Assembly (NCBI GenBank): GCA_964106645.2
Contig: OZ067047.1
Source: Podarcis pityusensis
Taxonomy: Eukaryota
Length of the DNA stretch: 64,000 bases
Strand: one strand, 5' to 3'
Below are positions 48,845 through 60,817 of this stretch, piece by piece; within the stretch, counting starts at the first letter, position 1; every line of letters begins with the position of its first letter. The notes under the pieces were generated by a model that had not been told where the DNA came from, did not search any database, and saw only the letters and a list, made by a program, of their open reading frames with translations. The translations under genes were made by a program, and so were the position numbers.

Positions 48845-50311
48845 TACATTTTAAAAGGAAAAAAGAAAATGGAGAGAGAAAAAAAGGTGGGNNNNNNNNN
48901 NNNNNNNNNNNNNNNNNNNNNNNNNNNNNNNNNNNNNNNNNNNNNNNNNNNNNNNNNNNNNNNNNNNNNNNNNNNNNNNNNNNNNNNNNNNNNNNNNNNN
49001 NNNNNNNNNNNNNNNNNNNNNNNNNNNNNNNNNNNNNNNNNNNNNNNNNNNNNNNAAACACAAAAATTTAAAAAAATTAGTTTCTAGTTTTTCACTTTTT
49101 CATGTTATACGGAAGTTGTTGCTACGAAACATATATACTGAAAAATAGCTTTTTAACTTTGTTTGCACTGGGTGTGTTTCCGTCCTTAGGTCTACTATGT
49201 CGGGAAGGGGCAGGGTTCAAAAGAATTGGGGGTGGGGTGGGAGGGGAAGACTTGACGGAGCCTCACTTTAAAAAACAAAAAAAGGAAAAAAAACACTTTG
49301 TGATTGGCTGGTTGATATATACCAGTATGTTCTGGCACATGTAACTGCCCCGTGTGTGTGTTTCTGTGAGAGCGTGTATGTGAGCATGATTGTGTGCGTG
49401 TGTGCGCATTTTTGTCTTGGAAAGCTGCATTGCTGTTGGTCAGCAACCTACCTGGCTTGACTCTTAAACTGAATAATGATGGTGCCTGTGACTGGTGCAA
49501 AATCAAATTGACCTGTGTTAAAATCTGTCGGTGGTATTTTTATTTTAGCAGGGTATTCAGCGCAGTACAGATCTTGTTCTGACCCTGTCATAGAGCAAAA
49601 CACTGCCATATCCTAAGGATTTGGTGAGGGGGTGCCAGTGTGGGAGTTCAGGGTTTTGAGGGTGGGAAGGGGGGTGATCTGTTTTGCCTAGAAGTGTATT
49701 TGTGTCTCTAATGAGACTTTTTGAGTGAACCCAAGCTTACTTTTTATGACAAGGCCTTTCACCTTTTGGGGGACACCAGGGGGTAATGGGCATCACATTT
49801 CTTTGTGAAAAAGACCTATGTAATAGTTGAAGCTTCTGCAGTCCTTAAGAACCAAATCCTGTCGCTATTCCTCAAGTCTGCATACTAAGGTTCTTATCCT
49901 TTCATGGAAAATCCACCAAAATTCAGGCCTAACTGTATTTTCTTAAGTGGTCTGCTGTTTGTGACAAAACTAAAATGTCAGTAGTTTGCTGGCCTATCTT
50001 GTATTGTGAAAGCACATGCAGCAACTTTTGTTCTCCTTTCTCCATAGTGAGCGTTACCTGTGCCAGGCCTAGGTGTATTACAGCACCAGACCATCACTGA
50101 CAGAAACGTTTACTTACGAATGTTCTTAAACCAGTGTGTACTTTGAGCATTTTTTCTCTGTGTATTTCCTGTGTATGTCTTGCTTAGGCTTTGCTTAGGC
50201 AGGCATATAACTAGCAAAGACTTCTTTTGTTTATAAAGTATTGCACCTTTATTATTTTTACTTTTCCCTGTACTGTTGCTTTTTATTGTCGGTATTTAAA
50301 GAAAGGTTGTA

Positions 50312-50345
<34 letters not shown>

Positions 50346-53300
50346 TTATTTTTTTAAACAACAGTGTAGTAGTACTCTGGGCAGGATAGGGGAGACCTAT
50401 ACTTAATTCAGAAGATAGCCAGTGTGTGCACTGGGACAGAATTGCTTGTTGTGAAGAAAGCCGTAGCAAACATTGCCTTTACACAAAGCAATTTTGAAGA
50501 TGGGCAGACAGGATAAGAACAAGGAGAAGGAGGCATTATTCTTTGAAGTGTTAGAACTTAGCTCTGGATTTTTGCTAGCTCTGCATTATACTGAATAACA
50601 AAAGTGCTGCAATATTCTGTACCAGCAAATACCTACATAACTCCGGTACTTGGAAGTAGCAGATCATAATGTACAGGATCACAACAGAAGATTCTTTCTC
50701 CTTCAGCAGTTTCATTTTTTTAAAAAAAATCAGTGGTGTCTGCTATATAAGTATTGATAGCAAAATTAAAGCAAAAAAATTCCTCACATTTATGTAGAAA
50801 GGGAGGAGTTGTGAATTCTGTACATGAACTCGGTTTCACAGGAAGACTAAATAAGGGGATTACTGCATTTACATCTGCCTGTTATTTTGCTGTGAAGTTG
50901 AGTGGTAAACATAGACAGGTGTTGCGTATTTAACCTTCAGAATCTGCAGCATATGTGGATCTTTTAAGTGTTTCCCTATTTCTCCCTTTGTCATTGTATC
51001 TTGTAAGTTGAAGCAAAATGTTCCCCCCCATTCCTGCCAGTTAAGTTTCCCTTGCAGCCCCTACACATGCCTGCTCCTAAAACAACTGTATTTGTCTCTG
51101 GGGCCTCAGTGTTGAAAGCATGCAGGACAAACTATAATAAAAAAAAGCTCTGAGCTGGGAGGACATCGGAATACTGCACCTCATGGCCTAGAAAACAGCT
51201 ATGTGCTCCAATATGTGACTTGACACACAAGCAGGTTCACTACTGTGTTATCACTCTCTCCCAACCTGCCCTATGGTCCCTTTGCCTGCACTTTGGATTT
51301 GTTGAGTTCATTATGATACTACGGTGAAAGCCGGGTGCTAGAGCCCCTCTTGTTTACAAGACATAATGAGGGATATGACATATTTAAAAAATGAAAAGCT
51401 AAAATGTTCTTCCATCACAAGCTTAAAGGGAAAAAATTAAAAACTTTTTAAAAAAAGACCAAAAAGTGCGTGTGCATATATAAACATATATATATATATA
51501 TAAGATGAAGACTAACTCTGGGAGCATTTAACAGTGTTTTTGTGTTTTAACATTTATTTTCCTGCTTTAAATTTGCAAGCATTCTCAGGAATTCTAGGGT
51601 AGGAAGCCAGTTTTTGAAGATGGTTTATTTAACCTTTACCTTATCCTAGATAGATGGTTGTTTCTTTTGTAAACTTTTACAAGTTCCTGAATCTTCAAAA
51701 AGTTTAAAAGTTTTTTTCTTTACAAAAAGCAAAAAATTTGAAAAACAAAATCTAACTAATACAAACTCCAATTGTCAGAACTGGGGATCAAAAAAATTTT
51801 AAAGTACAAATTGATTACAAAAGAATTCTCAGTAGCAGCAACACAAATTCATTGTATTCTTAAAAGTCCAAGTTGTGAAAAGATTTATACTTTTAGAGCT
51901 TAGTCTCAAGTGGAAGTGCGTGTGCAGATGAGTGGGGGAGAGGATTGCGTATGAATGAAAGTATAATCATCTAGTTGTTTCACAGTGAACATAAAATCTT
52001 CCTCCAAGCACCTTTTTAAAATAAAAAGTTAAAAAAGAGTAAAAAAATGCATTTTGATTTGACTAAATCAGTCAACCACAGTTAAGAAGAATTGCTGGGA
52101 GTACAGGATGGTGCTTCTTGAAACCACTTTTAGATTGACAGTGCTTCAGAGAAGCAAAATCTTTATTGTGACCCAGTAATGGAGCTGTTTTAACTTTTAC
52201 TAATTTTAAAACAGAAAATAGGGAAAGAAGAATGTGGGAGAAATCAGTGAAGTGTACCTGGGGAAAATGGCTTGGTGTATTTTAATCATTTTGAAGATTT
52301 TTTTTGTTTGCTTTTTCCATTTATCAACCAGAGATGTGTAAATGAGAAATTTTGGGAAGTGGGTTGGAGGTAAGATATATTAACTGCTGCTGCCAGCTAC
52401 TGGGACTCCCATTCTTAAGAACCAGTTTACTGCAGCTTTTTCCTGGGATGGATAGCTCAGAGCTTCCAGCACAAAGAGAGAAGGACTTAATGTGCTTGAA
52501 GCATTTTTGTTAGAATGAAAATAACAAGCCGCTTTAGTGCCTTTGTAATACATCCTTGCATCCTACAAAAGACATATGCAGTCTAGTCACTCCAAGGAAA
52601 CAAATGAACCCATTTTTCTAAAACAAAAAGCATTTCTCTTGAGCATGCTGAATAGAAGCCTCAAAGGCCTGCCGTGCAAAGAGTTACATATAAAATAACA
52701 TACATGGAAACATTTTTCTTTGAAATCTAAGGGCAATTTTCATGCATTACTACTTTCTTGTTTTGAGCTATTCAAATAGAAGTGTGAAGTAATGCCTGGT
52801 TTTCTGTGACATCAGTTGTGTGTTCTTTAGTTGTGTGTTGCATTGTTTCCCAAATTGCACCTTGAAAAAAAATGCATCAACTGATTCCTAGTGTGATAGG
52901 CCAGTGAGAGGAGCCCCCTTTGTTTTTTTAAAGGAAGTTATTTATCTGAACGCTTTATCAAAGGCTTTGACTTATTTCCCCCTATAATTTTTTTTAAGTG
53001 GAAAATTACAAAAGCCTGTTACTTGGCTGACAACTGCTGAAGAAGGTAGAAAGGTAAATGTATAACTGTCATATTTAAAGCATCCTTTACCTCTCAACAT
53101 TTCAACCTATGCATATTGAAGTTTGTCATATTTTTGAAGAAGTGAACTAAAATATCAATCTTGGCAACCTTCCATCCCTGATGAATACCTGGAATGTTTA
53201 ATCAGCCCTTTGGACCATAGCAATACAGGTTTCCAAACACCTTTTCTGTTTTGAATCTGCTATGTTCTCTGGCCAGTGAGGATGATACATTTGGGAACTA

Positions 53301-56300
53301 AGCACTAAACTATACTTGAGAAAATGTTTTCTGCAGCTGTTTTGTGGGTGGTGTTACTATATTTTCATGTATGTTCTACACACACACACACACAAAGGCA
53401 AGAGGTCTCATGGGGTGTTGGAGACCTCTTCAAATTGCCAGAGCACCCTGCGCAGCTTGAAGCCACGTGTCAAATTTTTCGTTTTATAAAGTTGCTCCCT
53501 CCATGAAAAGGAGAAACAGTCCATATCAATGTTTTGTCCTCCTTTTTAGTTGTATATTTTAAATGCACATGCCCAACTTAAAAAATAGCCCTATTTTGGT
53601 TCTATTCACTCTTTTAATATATGGCCTATATGAACCTACTGCCAGAACCAGCATCTAATTGGATGGGTCTTGCGATAACACCTTTCCTATAATAGTACTA
53701 TTCCCAGAAAGCTGCTTATTATGACATGCCGAACCATTCTGGGAAGGTTGCAGTCTTTTCCAGTGCACCCCTATAAAGTGGATAGAGTGAGCTTTTCCTT
53801 CACTCTTGGGTTCCCTTTGTAAAGGAATATGTTAAAAGCATGTTTTCCCTCTGCCACTTAGCCAAAGCAAAACTCTTCACCTTATCTTTGAAAATTTTAA
53901 AAATAAATTAGTGAATATAAACAGACAGACATTTCCTGTTTGATTTTCAATGCAGGCATTTGAACTGGCAAGTGTAACAAGTATTAACACCTCTTTCTAT
54001 TCTGTCCTCCACTGCCATGACAAATGTTACCCGATCTTCACTGTCATCCAAATAGTAGTGTTCAAATCACTCACCTTTATTTTTTTATAGTATTGGCTAA
54101 CTGAGATACTCTGTTCTCCCCTGAGAAGGTTCTGTTTAGTTTAGCTGTATTGTTCCTTCATTATAAATATGCAACAGCAAAAACACTCTGCATATAATGC
54201 AAATGCTACCCAAAATGCAGTTAAAATGATGCATTCTGAAATGAATACATGCTTTCCGAGCCATGCATTGATTGGAGCGATACTGACTGAAGGAAGATGG
54301 ATAAAATCTATATTACTGGTTTCCCTAATTTTCCACAAAGCTACAGCTGTTCATTTGAATGCTGATTAGTCTCCATGTTATGATATGCTAATGATATTGG
54401 GAGCATTATGTAGATGGATGATTTGGTAGTAACAGTTACACCTGTTGAATACAAGGCTTAATTAGCAAAGATGCAATGTTGTTTATTCTTTATTCCAATA
54501 ATATTTTGCAGATTTTCCTACTATAGCAATCCCTCTCAAAGGTTTAAAACTTTGCTGATTTTTTAAAAGTATATATTGACTCTGATCCATACAATTTGGT
54601 CATACAATTTTGATCTGTTATGAATTAGTAAATTTCTAAGAAAATTCAGTAGTGCTCTTACGGATGGGTGAAAGGAGTAATAAAATAAACAAATTTTGTA
54701 CTGAAGATAGCTTTTATCCTCCTTCAGAACATTGCTAAAATGTATACAAACAGTCGCCAAATTAAAAGGATTATTCCCCTCTTATGCTACAATAGGGAAC
54801 AAAATTCTAACCTGATCTTCTGACTGTCAGGCCTCATCAGATGCTAGCAGTTGTCAGACCAACCTAAGTGCCCTTTAACTGTTCTCCATGGCCATGTCAG
54901 ATACAGATAAGCAGTTTCACATGGCTGAGAGGATATTTAACAGGCACCATAGATGTTACCAAATGTGTGATATGGAACAGTGTCAACATACCTGCTTCTT
55001 AAGTTTGTGCAGTATGGCATATATTTACAAATTTCTCAGAGACATGGGCCATAGAAAGGATCAAAAGAATCAACCTCAACTAAGAGCCAGTTTCTTCATG
55101 TACTTGGCAGTGGTGATAGCTAGAGTTATATAAACCCTTGTCTTCTTTTTAAATGCATTTTTTTTAGCCATAGAGTTTGAATATGTTTTTACTTGAGCCT
55201 GACAACCATCCATTTTAACACAAATCCAGGTTATTGAAGTTAAAGCATTGTGCCAGGCAGCCTGTGGGTATATTTTGACATATGATTAGCTGTCCATGGA
55301 GCAAAATAAAATAAGAATATGGAGAAATGTTCCATGGCTAAACAACACAGTTGAACAGTATCAAGCAAGAAGTGGTGTGTTTTTTTAAGCGCTTAGTGCC
55401 TCATCTTAGGTAATAGTATGCCAGTTAATGCATTCAAAGAACTACAGTTCCTCATTTCTTACCATGTTTTAATCAGAGAAAATAAATGCATATTGTCTTT
55501 CTGTATTAGAAAATGCAGCGGTTAATTGAGTCCTCCTTATAAAGATTGCTTTGCTTGCTGGATAATAATTTTTGTGGCATGGTTGTGAATATCAAGTGCT
55601 TTTCTTCTCCTTCCTTATCCCAGCCAGACTGGCTCACCCTCCTTTTATATTAAGTGCTGAGTGCTTTGAAGTTTGGGTGGGAAGGGGCAGGGCATAAAGG
55701 AAATAAAGGGAGCCAAGTTAGAGCAGCCTTACTTTAGGGAGTAGCCTTACAACAGAGCTTTATAGTGAGGGTGCGCTGTATTCCAAATTGTGTAAGCCAA
55801 AAATGAAGAAAAAAAAATCATTTATGCAAAAAGAGGCGTTAACTTCTTAACATAATATGTACCTTCTGAAGGTAGAATAGGGTCTCATGAAGTGATACAT
55901 TGTGATGCTTCTTGCTGGGTCAGTAGGTATGGGATTTGGGATATAAGCGCTTAACATTCCCTTGTGGGTTTTTTTAGGGTTGTGTTTTGTTTTTAGTTTT
56001 GAACAAGCAGTAAGTTAAATGTGGTATCTCTGAATGTGCCTTTGTGAGTATGTGACTGTCAGTCCGAGAAGACTACTTGGGCTTGACAGGGGGAGATGAT
56101 AGTCAGTTTATTCTCTCTAAAGGTCAAATGCAAAGATTCCAGCCTGCTGGTACCTTTTGACAAACAGTGTCTTTTGGGGCTGGTCTCTAAGCTGCGCAGT
56201 ATGCAGTTGTGTGTGGCAGATGCATCCAGGTGTGGATGGGTTGTAATTCACATGTTGACATTTTTAGGCTAGTGCTCCGTTGCTGGTTGAATTCGTATAT

Positions 56301-58195
56301 GTATTATGTACCTATTACATTTGTGTATGTGGCTTGCTTTAACTTTTTTTTTTTTTTTAAAGCACTGGAAAATGAAACGCAGTGATGTTTGAGACACATT
56401 TATGCATGTAGAGAAGAAGGTATTTTGTAGCTTCTGCCATTCTTGGGTGTAGGCACACTTCTGCCCTCTATCAGTGTCCTGATAATAGAAGAAAAAAAAT
56501 CTACCCTATAACTTCTAGCACACTTATTGTTGCCATTTAAATGAACAGGGTATTACACAAGAAAATAAGATGTTTTTGAAATGGTGAGGAAGAAGTGTTG
56601 TTTTTTAATCAAAAAGTAATTCTTTGTTTCTTTGAAGCTGTTTGTAGCTAAACATGGGAATCTGCAGTGTCTACTTTCATTTGTTTTTTTCATATATATT
56701 CCACCTCTTCTTCTCCCCACCTCAAATGCAAGGTGTACAAAATCAAGAGCTGCTGTAGCACCTCTCAGCAACCTTCCCAAATGAAAGCTCTAGCAGGCTC
56801 TCTTCATCTCCATTCAGGAAGACAAAGAGAGGAGAGATGCTGCAGCTTTCTTGCTTCGCTCTCATTCCTCTCTAATGGCCTTGAAATGTATTATTATGCA
56901 AATGTGAATTTTGATACTGAACTTTAAGAAGAGGTTGTTTCTTTTTCAAACAAAAAAAAAGGTCCCATATGTGGTCAGCATTGCTTCTTTTTCTTGTAAG
57001 TGAATTGTAAACTATGCATTCAGCAAGAGATGGTTTGGGGGAGGAAAAGAGAGTCCTGCGAAACTGTTGAAAATGTTTCTGTGTCCATTGAATTCCAACA
57101 CTGATGTAGGAGGAAAGAGGTTCATGTCATGGGAGGACTAAATGGAACCCATCTCTTCTGAGAAGTTGACTTATTTGATTGCCAGGCAGATTTGTTTTTG
57201 GAGGGAATTAAAATCAGCTTCAGAAATGAAGTAATGTCTGCCTGTTTCACAGGACTGTGCTTTCTTGCCATGCAGTGTTAGACCAGGATCAGCAGCATGA
57301 CACAAAACAGCCCAAGGAGAGAATTTATCTACATAGCACCTCCTCCATTTGTTCAACCTCAGGAAATGGCACCTCATGCACTGTCTTTAAGGATTTACTC
57401 TACAACTTGTTCTCCTTTACAACTGCCCTTGTTCCTCAGGAGAATTACAATGTGGCTTTTCTTTGCATGCATTTCCAAAACTTTGTCCTAAAAGTTTCTA
57501 CCAATTCCCATTGCAGATGAAACATAAAAGAGCAATGCCAGCTTGGAACTGCTGTAGAATATATTCTGCACTGGCATTAGTCAGTTCCTTGTCTTCTAAT
57601 GTTCATCAGAACTGTTCAAGGAAGACGGCATGCTAGTCACCATCTGTGACTTCTTTGAGCTAATACTACCACTAATAAAATGGAGGCGAGTGATAGAGAC
57701 TAGAAGAGGAAATTTATATGGATGCTTTTGCTGGCAAGAAGCTGCTTTGAAAGGAGAAAGATTTCACTTCCTTACTTTCCGAATGTAGAGGCTGCTTCCC
57801 ATGTTAATGGAGGTGTGTTTCCTTTACAAGTCTCCCTTGAGTGTTGTGAACTGTGGTATCTGCCTCATTTCACCTTGGCATCATCATAGCCAAGAAATTC
57901 TCCTACCTATAATTCAGTGTTTTTTTCCTCACACAGCAATTTTTTGTTGGTGTTCACAGTACTGTAATGAATAATAAATAGCCTTGACCGCTCATTCTCA
58001 CATGCATACTTGCCTTGCAGATGTGATCTTATCAGGATTCTTATCTGGTAGATTGCCTTTTTTTTGTTGTTTGTTGAAGGGGAAAAGTTTCCAGCTCTTT
58101 GTCTCAAAATACCTCGTGGTGCATATTTACCTTTAGTGTAACTGGCCTTGTATATTCTCTTTCATACTTAGTGAGATTATACTGTTCCTACATTT

Positions 58196-58428
58196 GTCCT
58201 AGTGGTTTGAAGACTGGATCATGAGGCTGAAACTCCTGAGTTCTAATCCTGGCCTTTACTCTTCCCTCTTTTTGCCTTAGGCAAGAGTCATTTAACCTTT
58301 GCCTCAGTTTCCCCATCTGTAAAATGGGGATAATAATACTTACCTACCTCACAGGGGTTTTGTGAGGATTGACTACAGGTTTTTGTGAAGTGCTTCAAAG
58401 AAAAAGTACTTTTTATAAGTATTATTAT
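58196..58428 (+). mobile_element. Ancient MIR/CORE-SINE within the TNRC6B 3'UTR
   Basis: A-box cctagtggtt, B-box gagttctaatcc, CORE gcctcagtttccccatctgtaaaatggggataataatac...cctcacaggg...tgtgaggatt, tattatta tail. Confidence 0.88.
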
Positions 58429-60811
58429 ATGGAGGTGTAACTAGCAGGCTACCTCCTTTCCCAGTCTTAGACGTACATCTCAGGGATGTGCAAAGAGGAA
58501 ATAGGAGAGGAAACAGTGTATTTTATTTTTTACTTGTTAAGCCATCAAATACTTTAAACTACTTTTAACAAGAAGGAAGGAGCTAAAGAGCTGAACTATT
58601 CACAAATCTCCCTCGAGTTCCACATATAGCATACAGAAAAGCCAGTCTTTTAACAGACACATTTTAAAAATAAAGTACACTTCCTCTTGAATTGGAATAT
58701 GTAAAGTTTGCCATCTTTTGTATGTCCCCCTTTTAATTAGACATGGACTTTTTTGTTAGATTAACAATGGCAGCACATCTGCTGCATTTGGGAAAGGAGA
58801 CATTGCTGTGTAGTTTATATGAGTTCTGTAAAATGACAATATTTGTCAAGTAGTTGGCTTAAAGATGGGGACACTATCCAAACTTGCTTTCCTGTTTGTG
58901 TGTTAAACATATGCTGCCTCATTCCCAATATACACAAGCCATTGAATGCCAATAAAACATGGAAACACAGTAATGTTCATTAATAAGAGCTGCTTGTGAA
59001 TATGCCTTATAGCCTTCTCAAAATCTTTGGGAGGAGGGGTGGAAGAAGAGGTTTGGGGTAAATTCCATAGTTAGGGAGTCTTTGCTGCTTCCTCCCTTTT
59101 CTGATCTATTATGGACACCATTCTCTCTTCAATCTTAGACGTGCATCTCAGGGATGTGCATATTGAGCCCAGCATTCGGATCTTGGAAAACCTAAGATTT
59201 GGTTCCATTCTATATTTGAAGTCTCCATATTGGACACTCCCTTAATCTTTTTCATCCTTTACTCCCCAAGGAGCAGCTCTGTCCACAACTGTTAGGTGAT
59301 TAAAAGTTCTATGGTGATCAGATTCAACATGATGCAGGTGTATTTGTATCTGTATCTCTCTGTTTGTTTTTGTGTGTGTGTGTAGATACATCCATACATA
59401 TACAAATGCTCACTCAAGATTCCACCTTTCACTAGTTGGGGCAAGAAAACTGAAGTGCAGATCACCTAACAAAAACAAACAGCAGCTTTGCTCTGCTAAC
59501 ACATATGCACTGCTTCCTTTAAACCAACCTTCTTCTTTTTTTCTTTTTCTTTTTTTGAGGGAGGGATGAAAAAAGCAGTGGAGTTTAGAACTACTTTAGC
59601 ATCCACTGGTTAGACAGAGACTTGAAATGCTGCTTTAATTTCAGAGCTCCTATGGGGGCTATGTTTACAAAGAACTGATCAGGAAAATGACCAATTGTGG
59701 ATATCCAACTTAGTGAATTATGCTTCATTTCTGGTGAGCAAGCCATGTAGTGGAAAATGTCTTAACGGAAAATGAAAGAAGTTTAACTCCACCTAGCCTT
59801 ATTTGTGAAGTAAACAATATTTTATGTCCAAAACATCTTGATTAGAAAAGGCAGCTTTTCTACTTTGCACATAAATAGGTAATACGAAGGTACAGCTGAA
59901 ATGCTATTGCCTGAAACACTGTCCCTTCCCCCAAGCAGGCATAATAGTGGATACATGTATTGAGGCTCTTTGCAAAGATACCTATTAGTATTTTTTCCTT
60001 ATACTTGAAATAACGTACCCATCTCTATTTGTCAGTTGGGCATCCAAGAAGGGTGGAATAGTGGAAAATAGGAAAAGGCACAATATGTTTTCATACTAGA
60101 GTTTGCTTAGTTCTCTCCCCTCCCCCATAGTGCTTTTATTTCAGCTTACTTTCTATCCTAGGAATTCACATGGACACAGAAACACAGCACTTTATGTGCT
60201 CTTGCATGGCATGCTGCCCTCCCCTTCTCCCTCTCTTCTCTATTTTTATTTTAGTATAGTGGTACTTAAAATCACTGTTTCACTTAAAAAGACAATAAAA
60301 TGTTTAAACTCTACTAATGTACAAATAAGCTGAAATGTTGCATTTATGTGTATTTTGCCATAGCAGGTACTGTATTTCTCATGCTGGATTTCAAACCAAC
60401 AAAAGGGTGATGTTTTATTGGAGTGTGACAAGTTGAGAGTAATAAGGAATTAAGTCGTCGTCATTTCATTGAAATTGAGAGATGGTGTAATACATATTAC
60501 GTTTTCTGAAGGTTTTTGTTTTTTTTTNNNNNNNNNNNNNNNNNNNNNNNNNNNNNNNNNNNNNNNNNNNNNNNNNNNNNNNNNNNNNNNNNNNNNNNNN
60601 NNNNNNNNNNNNNNNNNNNNNNNNNNNNNNNNNNNNNNNNNNNNNNNNNNNNNNNNNNNNNNNNNNNNNNNNNNNNNNNNNNNNNNNNNNNNNNTGTCAA
60701 TTTATTTTTGTTTGTTGATTTGGTCTATAAAATGCAGTTGTTAACTATAATTTCTTGGCTGTGCATTTTCCCTTCAGGAATTCATACTCACTATTTACAC
60801 AGTCTTGCAGC

Positions 60812-60817
60812 AATAAA
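60812..60817 (+). terminator. Candidate distal poly(A) signal AATAAA
   Basis: gcagcAATAAActattgatag followed by U-rich tttattatttttatcttt; repeat-derived sequence resumes downstream. Another AATAAA lies at 60294-60299. Confidence 0.65.

Noticed and set aside
58473-58491. Hairpin read as an iron-responsive element or Smaug element
   Set aside because: No CAGUGN loop with C-bulge geometry, and CAGG is not positioned as a CNGG loop on the stem
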